Source: Tubulanus polymorphus (Eukaryota; Animalia; Nemertea). Taken from it: 64,000 bases of DNA. How positions within the stretch are numbered: the stretch's first letter is position 1; every line of letters starts with the position of its first letter. A program made the position numbers and the translations under genes. The notes below the pieces were generated by a model that did no database searches, had not been told where the DNA came from, and saw only the letters and a program-made list of their open reading frames with translations. The DNA is taken from contig NC_134027.1 in assembly GCF_964204645.1 (NCBI RefSeq), positions 4,992,485 to 5,056,484 of the forward strand. The letters are read 5' to 3'. Positions 27,884-42,557 of the stretch are shown here, piece after piece.

Positions 27884-28033
27884 AGTGCCGTAACTATAGT
27901 GGGAGCATTAGCCCTCCCTCTGAAATTTTGGAAAAGTGCCCTTCTTGCAAATATTATTGTTATAGCAAACGAACTGCCCTTCTTTGGGTTTCTCTGCCCC
28001 CTCCCAACAAATGTAAATGCTAGGTACGGCCCT
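27884..28033. mobile_element. Degenerate hAT-like MITE
   Basis: Left aagtgccgtaactat versus reverse complement of right end cagggccgtacctag; internal gtgccc motifs. Confidence 0.4.
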
Positions 28034-29700
28034 GCTTTCCAATACAAGTCAGATATAAAGATTTTTGTTCACACACACACAGCCACTTTCTGTTTTATCC
28101 TAAATCCGTCGGCTATACCCTAACAGAACTAAGAGAGAGATCAGTGGTTCTAGACAGAGAGACGACAGTTAAATCATAAACATTTCTTTAAGATTTATCC
28201 ATAGAATAACGTTAATTGTTTAGCTAAACTGTAATTAAGTTATCCCTGACATGTTTTACTTTCTTCAGTCAGAGAAAATACTGACTTCGCCAAGCAGCAT
28301 ATTTTTTTCCATCGTTCGGTTTATCACTTAATCATTATCTGAACGCATCACGTATCGAATTTTATAACAAGATCCTATTAAAGAATCGATGGCAAATCTA
28401 GGGATCATATATACATCTACAGTTTGACCTATCTACGAGGTATACATTTGCTACATATCACAATATTACACTTTGAAGTATTAAGTGGTTACTCCAAGAT
28501 TACAGATTCGTTTGAAAGACTGCTATCTAAAATACATGTTTGAAACTTCCGTCTACAAAATAGCTGTTCGATCTAATCTACAATAATATTCGTGTATCTA
28601 CTATTAATGCTAAGCCACTCTTTGTAGTGAACGCTATTCTAGTACGAGTACAGTTCAATCCAACAACATTTTTACACTCATTTTACAGAATAAAATAAGA
28701 AAGAAATTTCCTACCATTATTATAATAACATAGAAAGTGTATATATATATATATACGTGTATAAGTAAATATATTGCAGACAAAAAATAAATTATAAAAC
28801 TTTCCTTGAGAACATTCAAAAACGTACAATGTATTATAAAGAATGTTTTACCATCAGATCGTGCTTCCTAAATACACCACAAATATCTTAATCTATCCGT
28901 AATTTCCCAACACTTATTGAATCAACAACCATCAAACAATCATGAATGTAGTCACGGATCGTTTCATCAAAGATTACGAACCATTCTTATCTCTTTGTTG
29001 GAGATGATATTATAATATCTTGCTTATGATAATAAATCATAGCTTTTATCATTAAGATATTAGCCCTTTTCTAGGTTACATGGACTTTCTAATACATGTT
29101 TATGACATTATTATATTATTACACTAAAGTAAATGATATGATAATCTGCCCCTAATTGGTGGTATGGCTAAAAAAATACGCAATGGTAATTAATCACAAA
29201 TCATTAAAATTTGATTACATCATGGACTATAAAAGGTCCATGATTACATTAACAATGACGGTACCTGTCCGTTCTAAACATGATAACGAAACTTAATAAC
29301 GAGAACTATAACAATTCTGACATTACTAGTTTATATTGGGAACATCGAAGAAACGATAATGATATAATTCTAATAGAAATAGCAAAGGAAATATGTGTAA
29401 CAATTGATTGTCTTCGTGAAAGAACGACTAATCTTGAATAGCGTTTCCTTATGCACGAACCAAGTAGCAGAAATCTTTTTCAGATTATCGGAAAGTCAGA
29501 TATGATATCATCTAAGATAATATAAGTTTCTTTTACATAAAACCATTCAACTTTTGAGTTAGGAAAATGTCTAGTTTTCCGGAAGGGTAATTCACAACAG
29601 AAGTTACTTCTGGAAAAGAGTCGGCCAGCATTCATTCGTAGCTCTGTTAACCAGACTGTATTATTAACATTAACATTTATTTCATAATCCTTAGCGAGCA

Positions 29701-32700
29701 CTAACACTCTCCATCTTCGGACTTAATCTTATTTGCGTTAACAGATTTTTCCTCGTTTACTGATTCATCTTTCGGTACATTATTCTGCGCCACAAGCGGT
29801 TTAGTTTCGGTGGCGTTTGAAGATTTATCTACGATTTTCTTTGGAGACAGTTTTCCATTTTCATCTAGTTTATTTTGGTCTTCCCGGCGTAGTTTTTTAC
29901 AATACCAAAACACGTACAAAGGGTGCCCGAACGCCAGTACCATCACGGCGATTAGGACTAGATTCAGCTGAAAAGCAAAATATCATACAACTCTCATACA
30001 CATAACAAGTTGTGTAAAAAGGAAACTGGAAAACGAATTTAAAACAAGATAGACACAACTTAAATGACGTTTCATCTCCTATCATCGTTTACACTTACAT
30101 AAAATGGATCATTGTCTAGTGGCCCCTTAACCAGGATAAAGAGAGGAAATTGAATCAAACTAAACAATGCTGAAACTGTCATGTATGTGCCAAACAATTT
30201 GCCAAAATGCTCCAGAGGAAACCTAAAATAAAGAAAAAGTTTTGAATATTTGAATTGATTTAAATGTAATCGGTGTAGTAGTGGTGATATCAAACATCAG
30301 AGATGTCAAAGCCTTTTCTGAGGACTATACTTACACTTTAGCCATGAATGCTGAATTAGGTCCGTATAGAAAGGCTCTGTGAACCACGTGAAGAAAACAA
30401 GTAACATACTGCACCTCTATTACTGGTATACAAGCACCGATAGACAATAAAAGACCAACTATACTGTCTAGCAAGAATGACAGGAAACATGCTTCAATTT
30501 TACCTGAAAATAGTTCAACAAACCTTCCTACCATCTATGGGTACAACCTATTTATTGTACGAAAGAAATTGCTAAAACCCAAGGAAAGTAGACTCGAGAC
30601 ATAGATCTCTAAAAAATGATAATTGTTACGGAAAGTATGACACTGCTGTAATCTAGAAGTACTGGTATAGTGAACTGATACCTATTTTTTCATTTGTTTC
30701 ATTCTTCTTTCTTCTGTCCATCAGATGGCCACTTAACGGAGCAAACAGAATGCCAAAAAACTGCATCGTCTGGAAAGCTGCCGTATAATGACTAACTGAA
30801 AGTACAATACATATTGTGTTCATTTTAGTTAGATGAAGAAACCTGTCTTGTCAGAGTTAGATTATTCCTTACCCACAGCGTCTTCGTTATTAGCCAAACC
30901 AGTAATCCAAACATTGAACAATCCCAAAAAGATCCAATTCCGACAACGTTGTAATGAAATCCAGATCAAATCGCTGATAAAAAGGGGAGACCTCAGTATG
31001 TCTTTGAAGGGTACGACCGGTGGTTTTTTACCACTTTTTACGACTTCGACTTCTTTCGCTTCGTGATGATCAGGTTCCTCTTCTTCGTGGGCTTCTTCTA
31101 GGGCCAGTAAATCTCTTTGCATTCGGTCAACTTCACCTTGATCGACAAAGTGGTACAATGACGATCGGCGACGTTGTAGACCTGGTTTACTTCCTCGCAT
31201 TGACGTTTGGCTGCTGCCTTGTCGGGTAAGCGGTCTACTACCATGACGGTTCAAACTTCTTCTGCTACCATGTAAACTGCTAGCACTGGTCACTCGATTA
31301 GCGGGAATTACTTCACTTTTCACTCTCATCACTGGAGCATCTGGTAGGCTTTGGATACTTGTAGCTGCTGTAAGGTCTTGGTCACCGATATTGTGCAACT
31401 CAGGATTGCTTTTAACCCCAGGTTCCCTGTTACTGGCAACACTTTGCATACTTGCGTCCAGTCCATTTTCACGTCTATCAGTTGCAGGAACCGTTTTTTT
31501 CATCGCAATCTCCTCGTCACCATCGGCGAATACATCGTCATCCTCCTCTTCACCTGGCGGAATCTTGCCTCTTTCACCACATAGTCGAGACAATATACGC
31601 AACGTTCGTGTTCTATAGTGCAAAGGGGCGGGTGTTGGAATTTTGAACCTTGGCAGGAATAGAAACGTACTTGGTATAACCATCAGCGAGAACAATAGGG
31701 CCATGCAGACGTAGGCCGATTTGAGAGAAACCCCTGAATGATAGGCGACCTGAAATGTGGAAAATGGAACGTTTTATTTTCCATTTTATCCGCTTGTATT
31801 ATCATGTAATGCCTTAAAAATTCTTTCATACCAAATATACCTTTAATAAAACCAGTATACAAGCACTCGCATCAAAACATCCATGGTAGAAAGCTAATAT
31901 GGTAGACGATACGTTCGGTAACAAGCCACCCAGACCGAGATTTGATAACATGACGAAAAATCCAGTCGCTTCCATGACTGTAATTGTGGGATACAAAATA
32001 ACGGCGACATCTGCAAAATGTATTGAAATATCTCACCTTAGCAATAAAACACAAGTATCATACAATGAGATCTGACTCACGACAAAAATGCGTCTAAATT
32101 TTGGAGAATATTTGATCGATTATAAAATATGAATAGTGCAAGTCTTTAAAAGGAAGTTGGTCCGGGAATTCAAAATGATCACTTGTTCTTTCTCTATATT
32201 TTGTGCCGTTAACGAAGCCCGCAACTAATTATATTATGACTGTATCACCCAGATGTATGTCACAGCAGTTGATTAGGTAAAGCGGAAGTAATTGGTAGTT
32301 GACGATGCGATGAAGCTTGTAATCGGAAATCGAAACATATGGATGTATCAGGGCGTACATAAGTAGTTCTTGAGATGAAAAATTATGCATTTGAAAATTG
32401 ATTGCCAGTAAAATTCGTTTAAAAGTAACGAGACACCTGAACTTGAGCTAAACATTGTATTCAAACAATTCCAGACGCATATATAGGTGAACCCATTTGT
32501 ATACAGATATTTGTTAAGCTGCTCACTACAGGTATTTTGTCATTGAACTCGTATTTTAGCTCGTAGAGGGCATTTTGTTATTCGTTATATCCTTCACAAT
32601 ATTCCACTAACGCAACTCGTTTTTCTCATGTCTATATCACGTAGCTGCATAGCTAGCGTGTAAGAAATATTGTCAGAATATCCAGTGAGTAAAATCGAAT

Positions 32701-34545
32701 TTGAAAAACGCAACCTCATCATTTGATATTTGAAATGTTTTTCATTTCATTCAAGGCATCGCGACCATACTAGAACTTACATTTTATTACTAGGGAGTTT
32801 CGAGCGCTTAAAGCCATATCACATCGACTTATTGGATATCAATACATATATTACACAAATGAAATGTATATTTTCAAAGATTTTCTATCATTCAGCAGAG
32901 AATCAATCATATTTTTTTTCGTCAAATTAAAAATAGTAATTTCTAAAACTCATTGTAATTGTATGATTAATCGGTGTATGCGACAGCAACATTATGCAGC
33001 TTGGTATTCCATGCACTAGCGCAAATGAACCCATGTTGATTTATCTATCGAATGCTGCTGGTGAACAATACGAAATCCATTAATGTGAAGTACTGCGAAT
33101 TGATTTTGTCAGTCGAAGAAAAAATTTTTGCTATAAGATTTCAGCATTGGCTGCCGTATTTACGACACTTTTAGTACAAATAATATATGCAACATCAATA
33201 TGATTGTAATTTGAGAGTGTGAAATGCGAATAAATACAAAAATAAGCCACAGTAATTGCCTTTTCTTTTCAGCGCTGAGTAACAGCTTTTGCTATGAGTT
33301 ATATAATTGTATGTACACATGTATGGGTAAATCGATTGTCGTCACACAATGTGAAAATCCTTCAACACGATTGACAAAACAAGTCTCGCAATGGCGAATG
33401 TTCTCCCGAGAAATTACTGATCAAGATGACTACATCTAAAGGCAAACGCAATGTTCATTTGATGAAGTTATATTACCCTTCAGCTGAATTATGCGGTTGA
33501 GATGTGTCGAGTACAACTGTTGTTTATGCAAGGGATGATATTTTAGACGGAATGAAATATCGATAAGACTTACTGACGGGATTGACGATAGCTTTTATAG
33601 TTGAGATAATTAGAAGATACAGACAATTTATGAATACATCGGTAGTTTGGACGGCTGTTTCCCGTTTGGTAAACATCTACTCAGATTAATAAGTTAGGTG
33701 TGGTAATCGTAGGTTCGATTTTATTAATGAAAACGCGACCACATTATATCATACTCTCCATTATTGCAAGCAAGGTGTTTTTTCTCTAAACCGTTGTGAG
33801 TCTGACCATAATGATTTATATATTTGTCACATACATACCGGGGTGCGAGAAAGCTAGCATTAGATATGAGCCAATACAACCAACCCTGGAAAAACAAATC
33901 GAACAGGTTTGATACAGATTGAATTGGTCTGTCGTTGAAATAGGTTCAGAATGAGCTTTTACAAAGATCTATTATTCAAAACAAGTCAAGATCCTGGAAT
34001 AAATCACAATGAACTACAGTACTGAAAAGTAAAGCAAAGAATTACATTTTGCAATGTCGCGAGAAAGATACTTACATACAGATCAACCGACATATCAGAG
34101 TGCCCGCTTTATCGAATAAGATTCCATTTAAAACTAATGTAGCTCCAGTGAAGACTGTGGCAATGGTGAAAATCTGCTGGAACACAAAGTCCTGCTCTTT
34201 ACAATTCATTTTCACAGTCGTTCCGTTGATCACTTTAGACACGATTGCTGGACCACCACCTCCCCCGAGCCGTGCTGGAGGGAGTGGTGGTGGGGCCCCG
34301 GTCGGGGAACCTGGAGGTAATGTCGGAGCTACTGTCGAAGAGGTTTCGGTTGTGAAATCCGCGTATGAATGCGTGTCATTATTAACGATGACACATAAAT
34401 CCTGATAATAACCCTCTGCTTTCAAAATATATACTAATGATGGCCATCCGTACACCTGTCCACCAAAAAGAAAGATTTCCAATGCTGCCCAAGCTATGAT
34501 GAAAACGTGTATAGGGTCTACCCTTCTTCCTTGATTTGCCGGCAT
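29701..34545 (-). CDS. SLC43A3: SLC43 family MFS transporter (SLC43A3/equilibrative nucleobase transporter-like), paralog 1
   Basis: Exons 34545-34076, 33885-33839, 32010-31841, 31749-30873, 30795-30682, 30503-30335, 30222-30099, 29967-29701, all phase-consistent. Motifs: LEIFLFGGQVYGWPSLVYILKAEGYY, GCFDASA, VHRAFLYG, FPLEHFGKLFG, QFPLF. Confidence 0.9.
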
Positions 34546-37500
34546 GTTGATATGATGTATTTTTTCTAGTTATGTGAGAGATGTCTGAAACTAATAAAAA
34601 TTCCATCGTTAAGAAATTGAAACTCTATAGGTAGAGTATATTTCTTAGGGATTATTAGATTGAATCACAATCAGTGACGGTTTTGGTATACATTTACTCG
34701 GAAAGCTATAGCTAACGTACTAAAGATACACGACTGGGGACTGAGATGAATTATTCATCGTGCACACGAGAAATCTAGAAAGTGAGGTTTGCCATATCAT
34801 TAGTGGACTATTCAATCACGAGTGACACCAAAGACGGTTCATTTCACTATTTTCCTAATATACAGAAATAGCAACACTAATAGTATCAATGTATACGGCT
34901 AATACTCTGAATGACAATTCAAAAAAAACTGTAGAATCTGCCGGAGTAGTTCATCACGTATTCGGAATCTCCATGGTGATATAACCAAAGATTTATGATT
35001 CTCCTCTCAGTGACACACTTTGCAGAGAAGTAAAAGACAATGGGAATCCCTATATAGCCTTTAGGAAATCATGGTAGATGTCTTATTAGGTTTGCTGAAC
35101 CATGAACCACAAGAAAAGACTTATTTTTTGTCAACAACGCATTTAAACTGACACACGTGCTTGGTAAATTGATAAACTGGTCTACCTACTTATCACCAAG
35201 GAGAATGTTTGTTTTTTGTGACTCCGAGCAATGATAAACATTTATTGCTAACTGTGACAACCAATTAGTGCTAATCTCGTAGCATTATTTGATAGCTCTG
35301 GCCAGTCCAGAATCAGTAATGAAGTGACGATCAACGTGATTTACAAACCATAGACACAGAGCTATATACTTAAGTCATTCTTAACAGTTCGACGTTATTA
35401 TCGTGGTTTGGAAGATATCATTATGCACTTGCACATGTAATGGCTTCCTAGTTCTAGCAGTTTCAACAAAAAAAAACCCGATGTCTTAATCAATGTCAAT
35501 GGTCGTAGATTAGGGATGATTGCAATTTCTCCAAATGAAATATGATGATAATGATATATCTATTTATGAAGTATTTCCCAATAAAGGGTAGAGATAGGTA
35601 AACAATACTGTAAAATAAGGCAACGGGAACCGGGGGAGTCAAGCATAGGTCTCGCATTCCTGCAGCTATGGTGGCTGTTTCGTCGATAAGTTATCTGCAG
35701 CACACACTTTTTCAAGATGAGTAAACACGTTGAAAATCTGGTGAAATTCGTGTAAAGAAGAATCGCTCATCAATCAAACAATAGTCAACAGTAATTAAGA
35801 GATTGGTTATGCGTAGGTCGTGATGCCTTCGATTGCCATAACAAAATGAGTCGTGTAACCTTACAATTCACATCACGGAAAAATGAAAATAGCTGCCGAA
35901 ATGCATCGTGTTCTATTTCTTATAGAAATCGGGCTCGTAACGTAGTAAAGGTAATCTCGACATTGTCGAATTCAAATGAGCCAAAAAAGGCAATCGAACT
36001 ATATCGACATTTTACTCGCCCTTTTTTCAAGGAAACATGCCATAAGAGATGACCGCTCTCGTGTCGAACGTCGCAACAGTCATAAGATCATTCATTTTCA
36101 TGTACATGTACATTTCATTTTCACGTTCATGTACATGTTACTTACTTAAATGCTACATCTAAAACAGAAGGCTTATGGTATCTTCTTCCAGAGTGGTTGA
36201 ATTCATTAACAATCACAGGTTTTTCCTTCGTCAATAGATCCCTATGAAGTTAATTGCTCCCTAAAGGGCTATAAGACGGACACGATCTTGGTTAACTGTG
36301 GCTGCCAGACAGCTGAAGTGTCTTTCGCTGTCGATTCGATAACAACCCAACATCCACAGGGTAATAACATGAACACGATGACGTTCCAGGAAAAGGGTTC
36401 CTGATGCCCTTGGTGAAACGTTAACACTTGAATAGGCTAAGGTTAGTATATAGTTGAAAAAAACGTCTGGTTCTGAAAATGAAACGGATTACGGTTGTAA
36501 GTCAAACAACAGTTAGGAAACATTTCTCTTGTTTGAATGTCAAATTCATAACGCAGGGTTTACAGTAAAACATTTCGTACACAAAAGATTGCCTTCTTGA
36601 AGAACCTCATAAATCATGTTCAAGAAAGAAAAACACCTTTCAAACGTAGAAAGTTGAGATATCCAAGACGGAGTAACCTTTACAGAATCTCGACATGCAT
36701 CCTTGAGAAGTATTTTTAACTTGCAACCGCGGCAGTGATTGCGGTATTGCACGTTCACAATTTTACGTACGTGGGTTTGAATGAATTGTTTTTCGTTGCA
36801 ATTGCTTTCAAACAGTTGTTAGTCGAACAATGATTTAAAGTTAAATAACAATCTTATTCAAAGCTAATAGGTAAATAGTCTCATTGACCACACTTTCCAT
36901 AATCTTCTCTATGTGGTGTCTGTTAAGGTAATCATCGAATTTTGGTTAGTTCGATGAATTTCATTTTCCCACGGTTCCACTGTGTTATGTATAGATATTT
37001 CTGCGAGACAAAATTTCACACACACTGATATACTCTCAGCAATCGAGAGTCCTTGGGCAACACGGCGTCAACTGTGAGGAACATTCGTGTTAGCTCATAA
37101 GTTTTGTAAAAGAAATGTGGGAGACATTGCAGATGATCAATCTGTTGACTTAACATGCCAAGGCAGAAGAAAATATTTTTAATATAGTGAATTAATCAAA
37201 CCAGAACGTCGCCGGAAAACCTTCCGACTTTTACAACAGTCATTTCCTTAAAGCGACGTTATGGAATCATCGTTATCCTATACAATCCACAACAGATGCT
37301 CTAATTTCCTTCACGTGAACTAATGGCATCGTTAATATTATTAAACTGATGTGACACGCACGAGATGTAGAGACATCCGCGAGAGTTTCGTGACATATTT
37401 TTACAAAAAGGTCAAGAGCTCAAGTTTGTACGCTGGATCACTAACGAGATGTAAGATGCAACAGTTAATATTGACTTCATGTGCCTTTTCTTACGCTAAG

Positions 37501-40500
37501 AAACCTAACGAATGCGAACCGGATAGATCGCCAGTAACTATAGTCTAGGACTTAGCGTTCATCAACGGAAAATTCCGTAAAACATTTATCATTTGTAGTA
37601 ATCGATCATACTGTTAAAAACATTGACTAACTTACTCGCTTAAGAAAGAAATCAGTTAACAAAACTCTTTTATATATGAAATAATGCTTTTTCAGATGTA
37701 TCCGTCTTTGAAACCATTCGTCATCTTTGCTAATCTATAATTAATTTTGAATACGTCCCTTGAATACAGACAGTATTTCCCCGTTTCTCGTCGAGTATGA
37801 CAAAATACCAGAAAACACGGAGGCCACGATGATTGATAAGGAAGAGTGTGCGCACAAAGATTATATATTATTATATTATATATCACTACATCATTGCGTT
37901 ACTTCCTCACGGACTCTGATTCTGAGCAATTTCACGACTATAATCTCATACAAATATATACATATACATTTGTATATACGGTCATATTTGCCGTATGGGT
38001 CCTATACCTTCTACATTTGCAGTGCTTAAAATTGGATGATCGCAAGTGATATTGACTTAATGTAGCCAACTCTGCGGTACCGACCATTAGTCTGCAATTT
38101 AACAAGACATCAATCACCCAAATAAAAATCATGGGTATTTAGCGTCCCACGACTCCCGCCACATGTCACCAATGTATATATAAGCAGGCAGCGTAGCCTT
38201 TATGAGGTAGAATATTCTCGAGGTAGAATTTGCCGGAGAAATTCTAAGGGAAAGAAAGAATCATCGAATATTCATTAAAACAGTACAACGCGGAATCCAT
38301 GGCATCATTCCCAGTTTTTTCACGATGCTCCATAGCTGATCACGCCAGCGAACGAAGGCTGGTTTTCGTAGATAGAAAAAAACTACCGTCATATATTTAA
38401 AAGAAAGTGATTATCATTATTATAAAACAACCTGTCAGATCAACAGAATATAAATAGTACATTGCAGATGAAATGATTTGTGCGTATAATTTATGCAGGC
38501 CGACCCTTTGTTGACGTATATCATCATAACAACTGGATATACATGTAGTAAACGAGTGAATATTCTAATAAAAATACAACTCGCGCAAATGAATGGAAAG
38601 CGATGTTAGAAATGTGATGCGTTTTTCTTCACAAGTTTATCGTAAAATATAGTAGCTAGGAAACTAAACACCGCGGTACACCGTTAGGTTGAACGTTCAT
38701 TCATCATATGAATTATACCGACGTACGTGTACCAGACCAGAGACCATATTATTATAATTTTTCTTATACATCGTATGTATATATGATATTGCTGGATGCA
38801 ATAACTAATAAGATCCAATAAAATTTTGACTCTTATTTCAGAATTGTGAACGCTTCAGGACGACGATTCCCTTTCTGCTCAAACAAAAATGCCAGAAATT
38901 ATGAAATTCCACTCACCTTTTATTTTCTTACAACTTTTCTACGCAAAATGCATTGAGAAAATAGCATTTACGAAACCCTTACACACGTTGGGTTGATAGT
39001 CAGTGTGAATTAGAAATCATTTCAGTATTTAAAGGGAAATTGAATGTAGTATGTGACGATTTGCACGCGTTTATTTATTTTGTTTGTTCCACACTAATGT
39101 TTTTTAGAAGCAGGATGTGGCAACGGATTTCCATTGCGAGATGATTCTATTGATTAAGGATAAAAGAATGCTATATGTACATTTACAAACAACCACAGAC
39201 TAAACCAATGTCATTCAATGTCATATCGGATCCGAAGATGTAGCCAACAATCTCGCTAACACTTAGGTAGATTGATTCAATCGATGGAACGTTTTGATTG
39301 TTGATGATGGAACCATTTTTGCTTTACTTCAATATCATTTCCTTGAATGAAATTTGGTTGTTTAAATTGCGGTATACCCACAAGGAACACGTACAAAATT
39401 TAGAAGCATTTAGTGGGCATAACATTTCCACTTAGCGATCATTTCCCAGAGCTGGTGTAGTGATTGATACTCGGACTTCATGATTTATCGACGATCATTA
39501 TCGTCTCGATGATCATACGTATACTATTATATATAAAGACGGAAAAAAACTCATATATATGTACAATCGAAATGTCTGCAAGTAGCATTATGCATAGGAA
39601 ATTGAGATTATTATCTATAGCTCAACTATACCTTTAGCAAAACAATTATCAACATCAATCCGTTGTCATTTGAAAAAAAATCCATGTTAACCTTTCGTGG
39701 AAGGCGCGCATACTTTCATCTGCTATAGGATTTAGTATATGCGATCGTATAAAATATAAACCAGATCACCTATAATGACAGGTAGTAAACGACATATTTC
39801 AATTAAACCCGGTTCCTTCAATAATGAAGGTTGAAAGCCGCACTGACTTGAGCTTGATAGCATAAAATATAACACATAGACCGACCGCCATGGCAGTTAT
39901 CGGGAAAGAAATCCATTGATTTTTCAGGAATATGCTCGCTCGCATGCAGTAGCTGGTATTACAGCATTCCCGTATCAATTTGAAGCTACTCCGTTATTGA
40001 TGGTTATATTTTACATTTAGAAATCTCATCTTCGTGTAAATACTACCAGCCAGTCATATATATATATACACGTACTACAATTACAACAACACGACCACAA
40101 CCTTAATTGACAGAATGCATTTTTTATGATTGGAAGGTTATCCCAAAAACAAGTCAATGATGATTCGTACAAGAACATCGTCATGATTATTTACTTTCGT
40201 ATCATTAATCTAATACTAAAAAAATCACTTTCCTTGTACCAAATCAAATACAATTGCAGATTACAATAGCATTATTTGAAACATTATACATATACATTAA
40301 CACAGTTTAACAGTCAATATTTTTCCGATAGATTCTTAAAAATCATATAATTTTTTTTCACTACAAAATGTTTACCTATCGAATCCTATTTAGATCCATG
40401 TAAGGACTATTGCAAAATCCAGCACGATAAAAGACGAGTTGCCGGTTTCTTTACGTATCTATCAAGGTCATATCAGGTACACGAAGATGGCAGCACCCGC

Positions 40501-40900
40501 TCTGTGAGTTGCGTGCGGCATTTCATTCTCAGTGATAATTAACGCCGCTAAATAATAAAAACTATGAGAGTTTATTAATTTCTTCATCTTTATCTTAGTT
40601 TCTATATTTTACCGTTACCATTACGTGATTGTGAACTATTATAACATTTTGTTGACGATAAATAGATACATTTCTTATATCTTTAAGTGAGACAAGATAA
40701 ACGTGACGGATCTATTTGTCCAAATATTTGGTTATGAAAATAAGCATAAGTAATTAAATTTTCGGTGCATCGAATACGTGTAGGAACAGTCATAACTGAG
40801 GCGAAATAAGCCAATTATTCCGTCATTCGTCGACAAACATCTGGAGACTGCCCACTTGTTTATGACAACGATGAACGTTTGATTTAAATCAATTCAGTAT

Positions 40901-40910
40901 CTATAAAAGG
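40901..40910 (+). promoter_or_regulatory. TATA box of the antistasin-like gene
   Basis: CTATAAAAGG lies ~70 nt upstream of a non-coding exon donor (AAG|gtatga at 40977/8) that splices to the acceptor at 41087, ahead of the ATG at 41112. Confidence 0.6.
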
Positions 40911-41111
40911 ATAGTTCTATCAGCGTACAATACGTTCTGACGATCAGTCAGCTCATATATCCAGCAGACGTACGAAGGTATGAAAATGTCGTTAAGCAAA
41001 ATAATATTTTGTTTTCTCGAGTCCTGAATTTATACGGAATACATTCATATGTATCATACGTTAATTATACTATTATTTCTATCGTAGGCACATAACCAAA
41101 AAAATATCAGG

Positions 41112-41898
41112 ATGAAGGTCGAATTTAGGGTCGCAGTGGTGTTACTGTTGCTGTGTTTTGTCATCGCTGATGTAGAAGCGAAGCGCCATGGCCGCGCTAA
41201 AAAATCAAAATCAAAGAAAAAAAACAAAAACGAAGTAGTTGAGATACCGGAACCGGAACTAGAGCCGCAAATTGTTTGCATGCAATGGGATTGCGGTTTC
41301 GGTTGTCCAGCTGGCTTTCCAGTCGATCCAGCCACAAAATGTCAAACTAGTTGCGACTGTGAAAATCCAGGTAACGGTTTAACCATTAACCATTAATATT
41401 TCAGTTATCTCATAATAAACACCTGGCGTGGCGACACTTTCTTGACTGAAGGTCTCTGGTCTCTCCCCAGGGAAAAACATCGAACCCGTTAATAATGTCC
41501 TTCATGGCGGTCAGTGGGTTGGGGTACATGTATTAAATATTAGTATTCGATGGGTTTTTTCTTTCAAATGATCACTCAAAGTTTTTTCCAGGACCAGACA
41601 CTCGTCCAATGATTGTTTGCGTTATTCCTGATTGCGGTTTCGGTTGTCCAGCTGGCTTTCCAGTCGATCCAGTCACAAATTGTCAAACTAGTTGCGATTG
41701 TCCAAGCTCAAGTAAGTAAATCTAACATTTTACTCATCCATGTAAAATAAAGTATAATGAAATCTGTTCATTAACACTGCTAGCCGAGGCTAATATAATT
41801 TATATTTTGTAGCACATACTTTGGTATGTCCAGCAGTGCAATGTTCTTCTCATTGTGCAATGATGAATCAGTGCGTGACAGTATGCCGATGTACATAG
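41112..41898 (+). CDS. Small secreted cysteine-rich protein with three antistasin-like 6-Cys domains and a Lys-rich N-terminus
   Basis: Exons 41112-41370, 41592-41711, 41813-41898 (phase-1 introns). Protein: signal peptide MKVEFRVAVVLLLLCFVIADVEA, then KRHGRAKKSKSKKKNK, CMQWDCGFGCPAGFPVDPATKCQTSCDC, CVIPDCGFGCPAGFPVDPVTNCQTSCDC, CPAVQCSSHCAMMNQCVTVCRCT*. A probable 3'UTR intron starts 6 nt after the stop. Confidence 0.85.
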
Positions 41899-42557
41899 AC
41901 AAAGGTATATGCGTACTTGCATCTCATTTACTTTGGATGGAATGCTTTAGTCCGGTTCATTTCAGAATATATGTTTCTATCTTTTCAGATTCTTGTAATT
42001 CTAATAATGTAGATTTGCTCCATAAATCACATCTCACTCAAGCTGGAATAAAGTAGTTGTCTAGATGCAACATGATACATTGAAAATCATTGTTAGTTTA
42101 AAAATTAGAGATTTATTTTTATTGTCAAGTTAACAACGTTATCAACATTAACATCTTATGGAGATAATTGGTTATTCAATGATTACATCAGCATGTATAA
42201 AAATTTCCCTAGAACATTACTTCATGCCTAATGAACCGCTTATTATCGACTCAATCAGAAATCTACTCAATTAACTTGTTCTTCCTTGTATGCCCCCTAG
42301 ATTGAGCCGTTTTATTTAGGCCCGACCATGGTCCCTAGAGAGAGAGAGTCCAAAATGCTGTGTCCTATGATTTCAATTTTTGATAAAAAAATTCGTAAGT
42401 GAGTGGGTTTTACTAATTGCTTCACTTCCAGAGCATCCACAACTACGGTAAAATGTCCATAGAGCTGACAAAGATGTACAATGACAATAAGAACTGCATA
42501 ACAAGAACAACAACAATAATAAAATGACAATAACTACTGCAAGTTGTAACAGTAACT

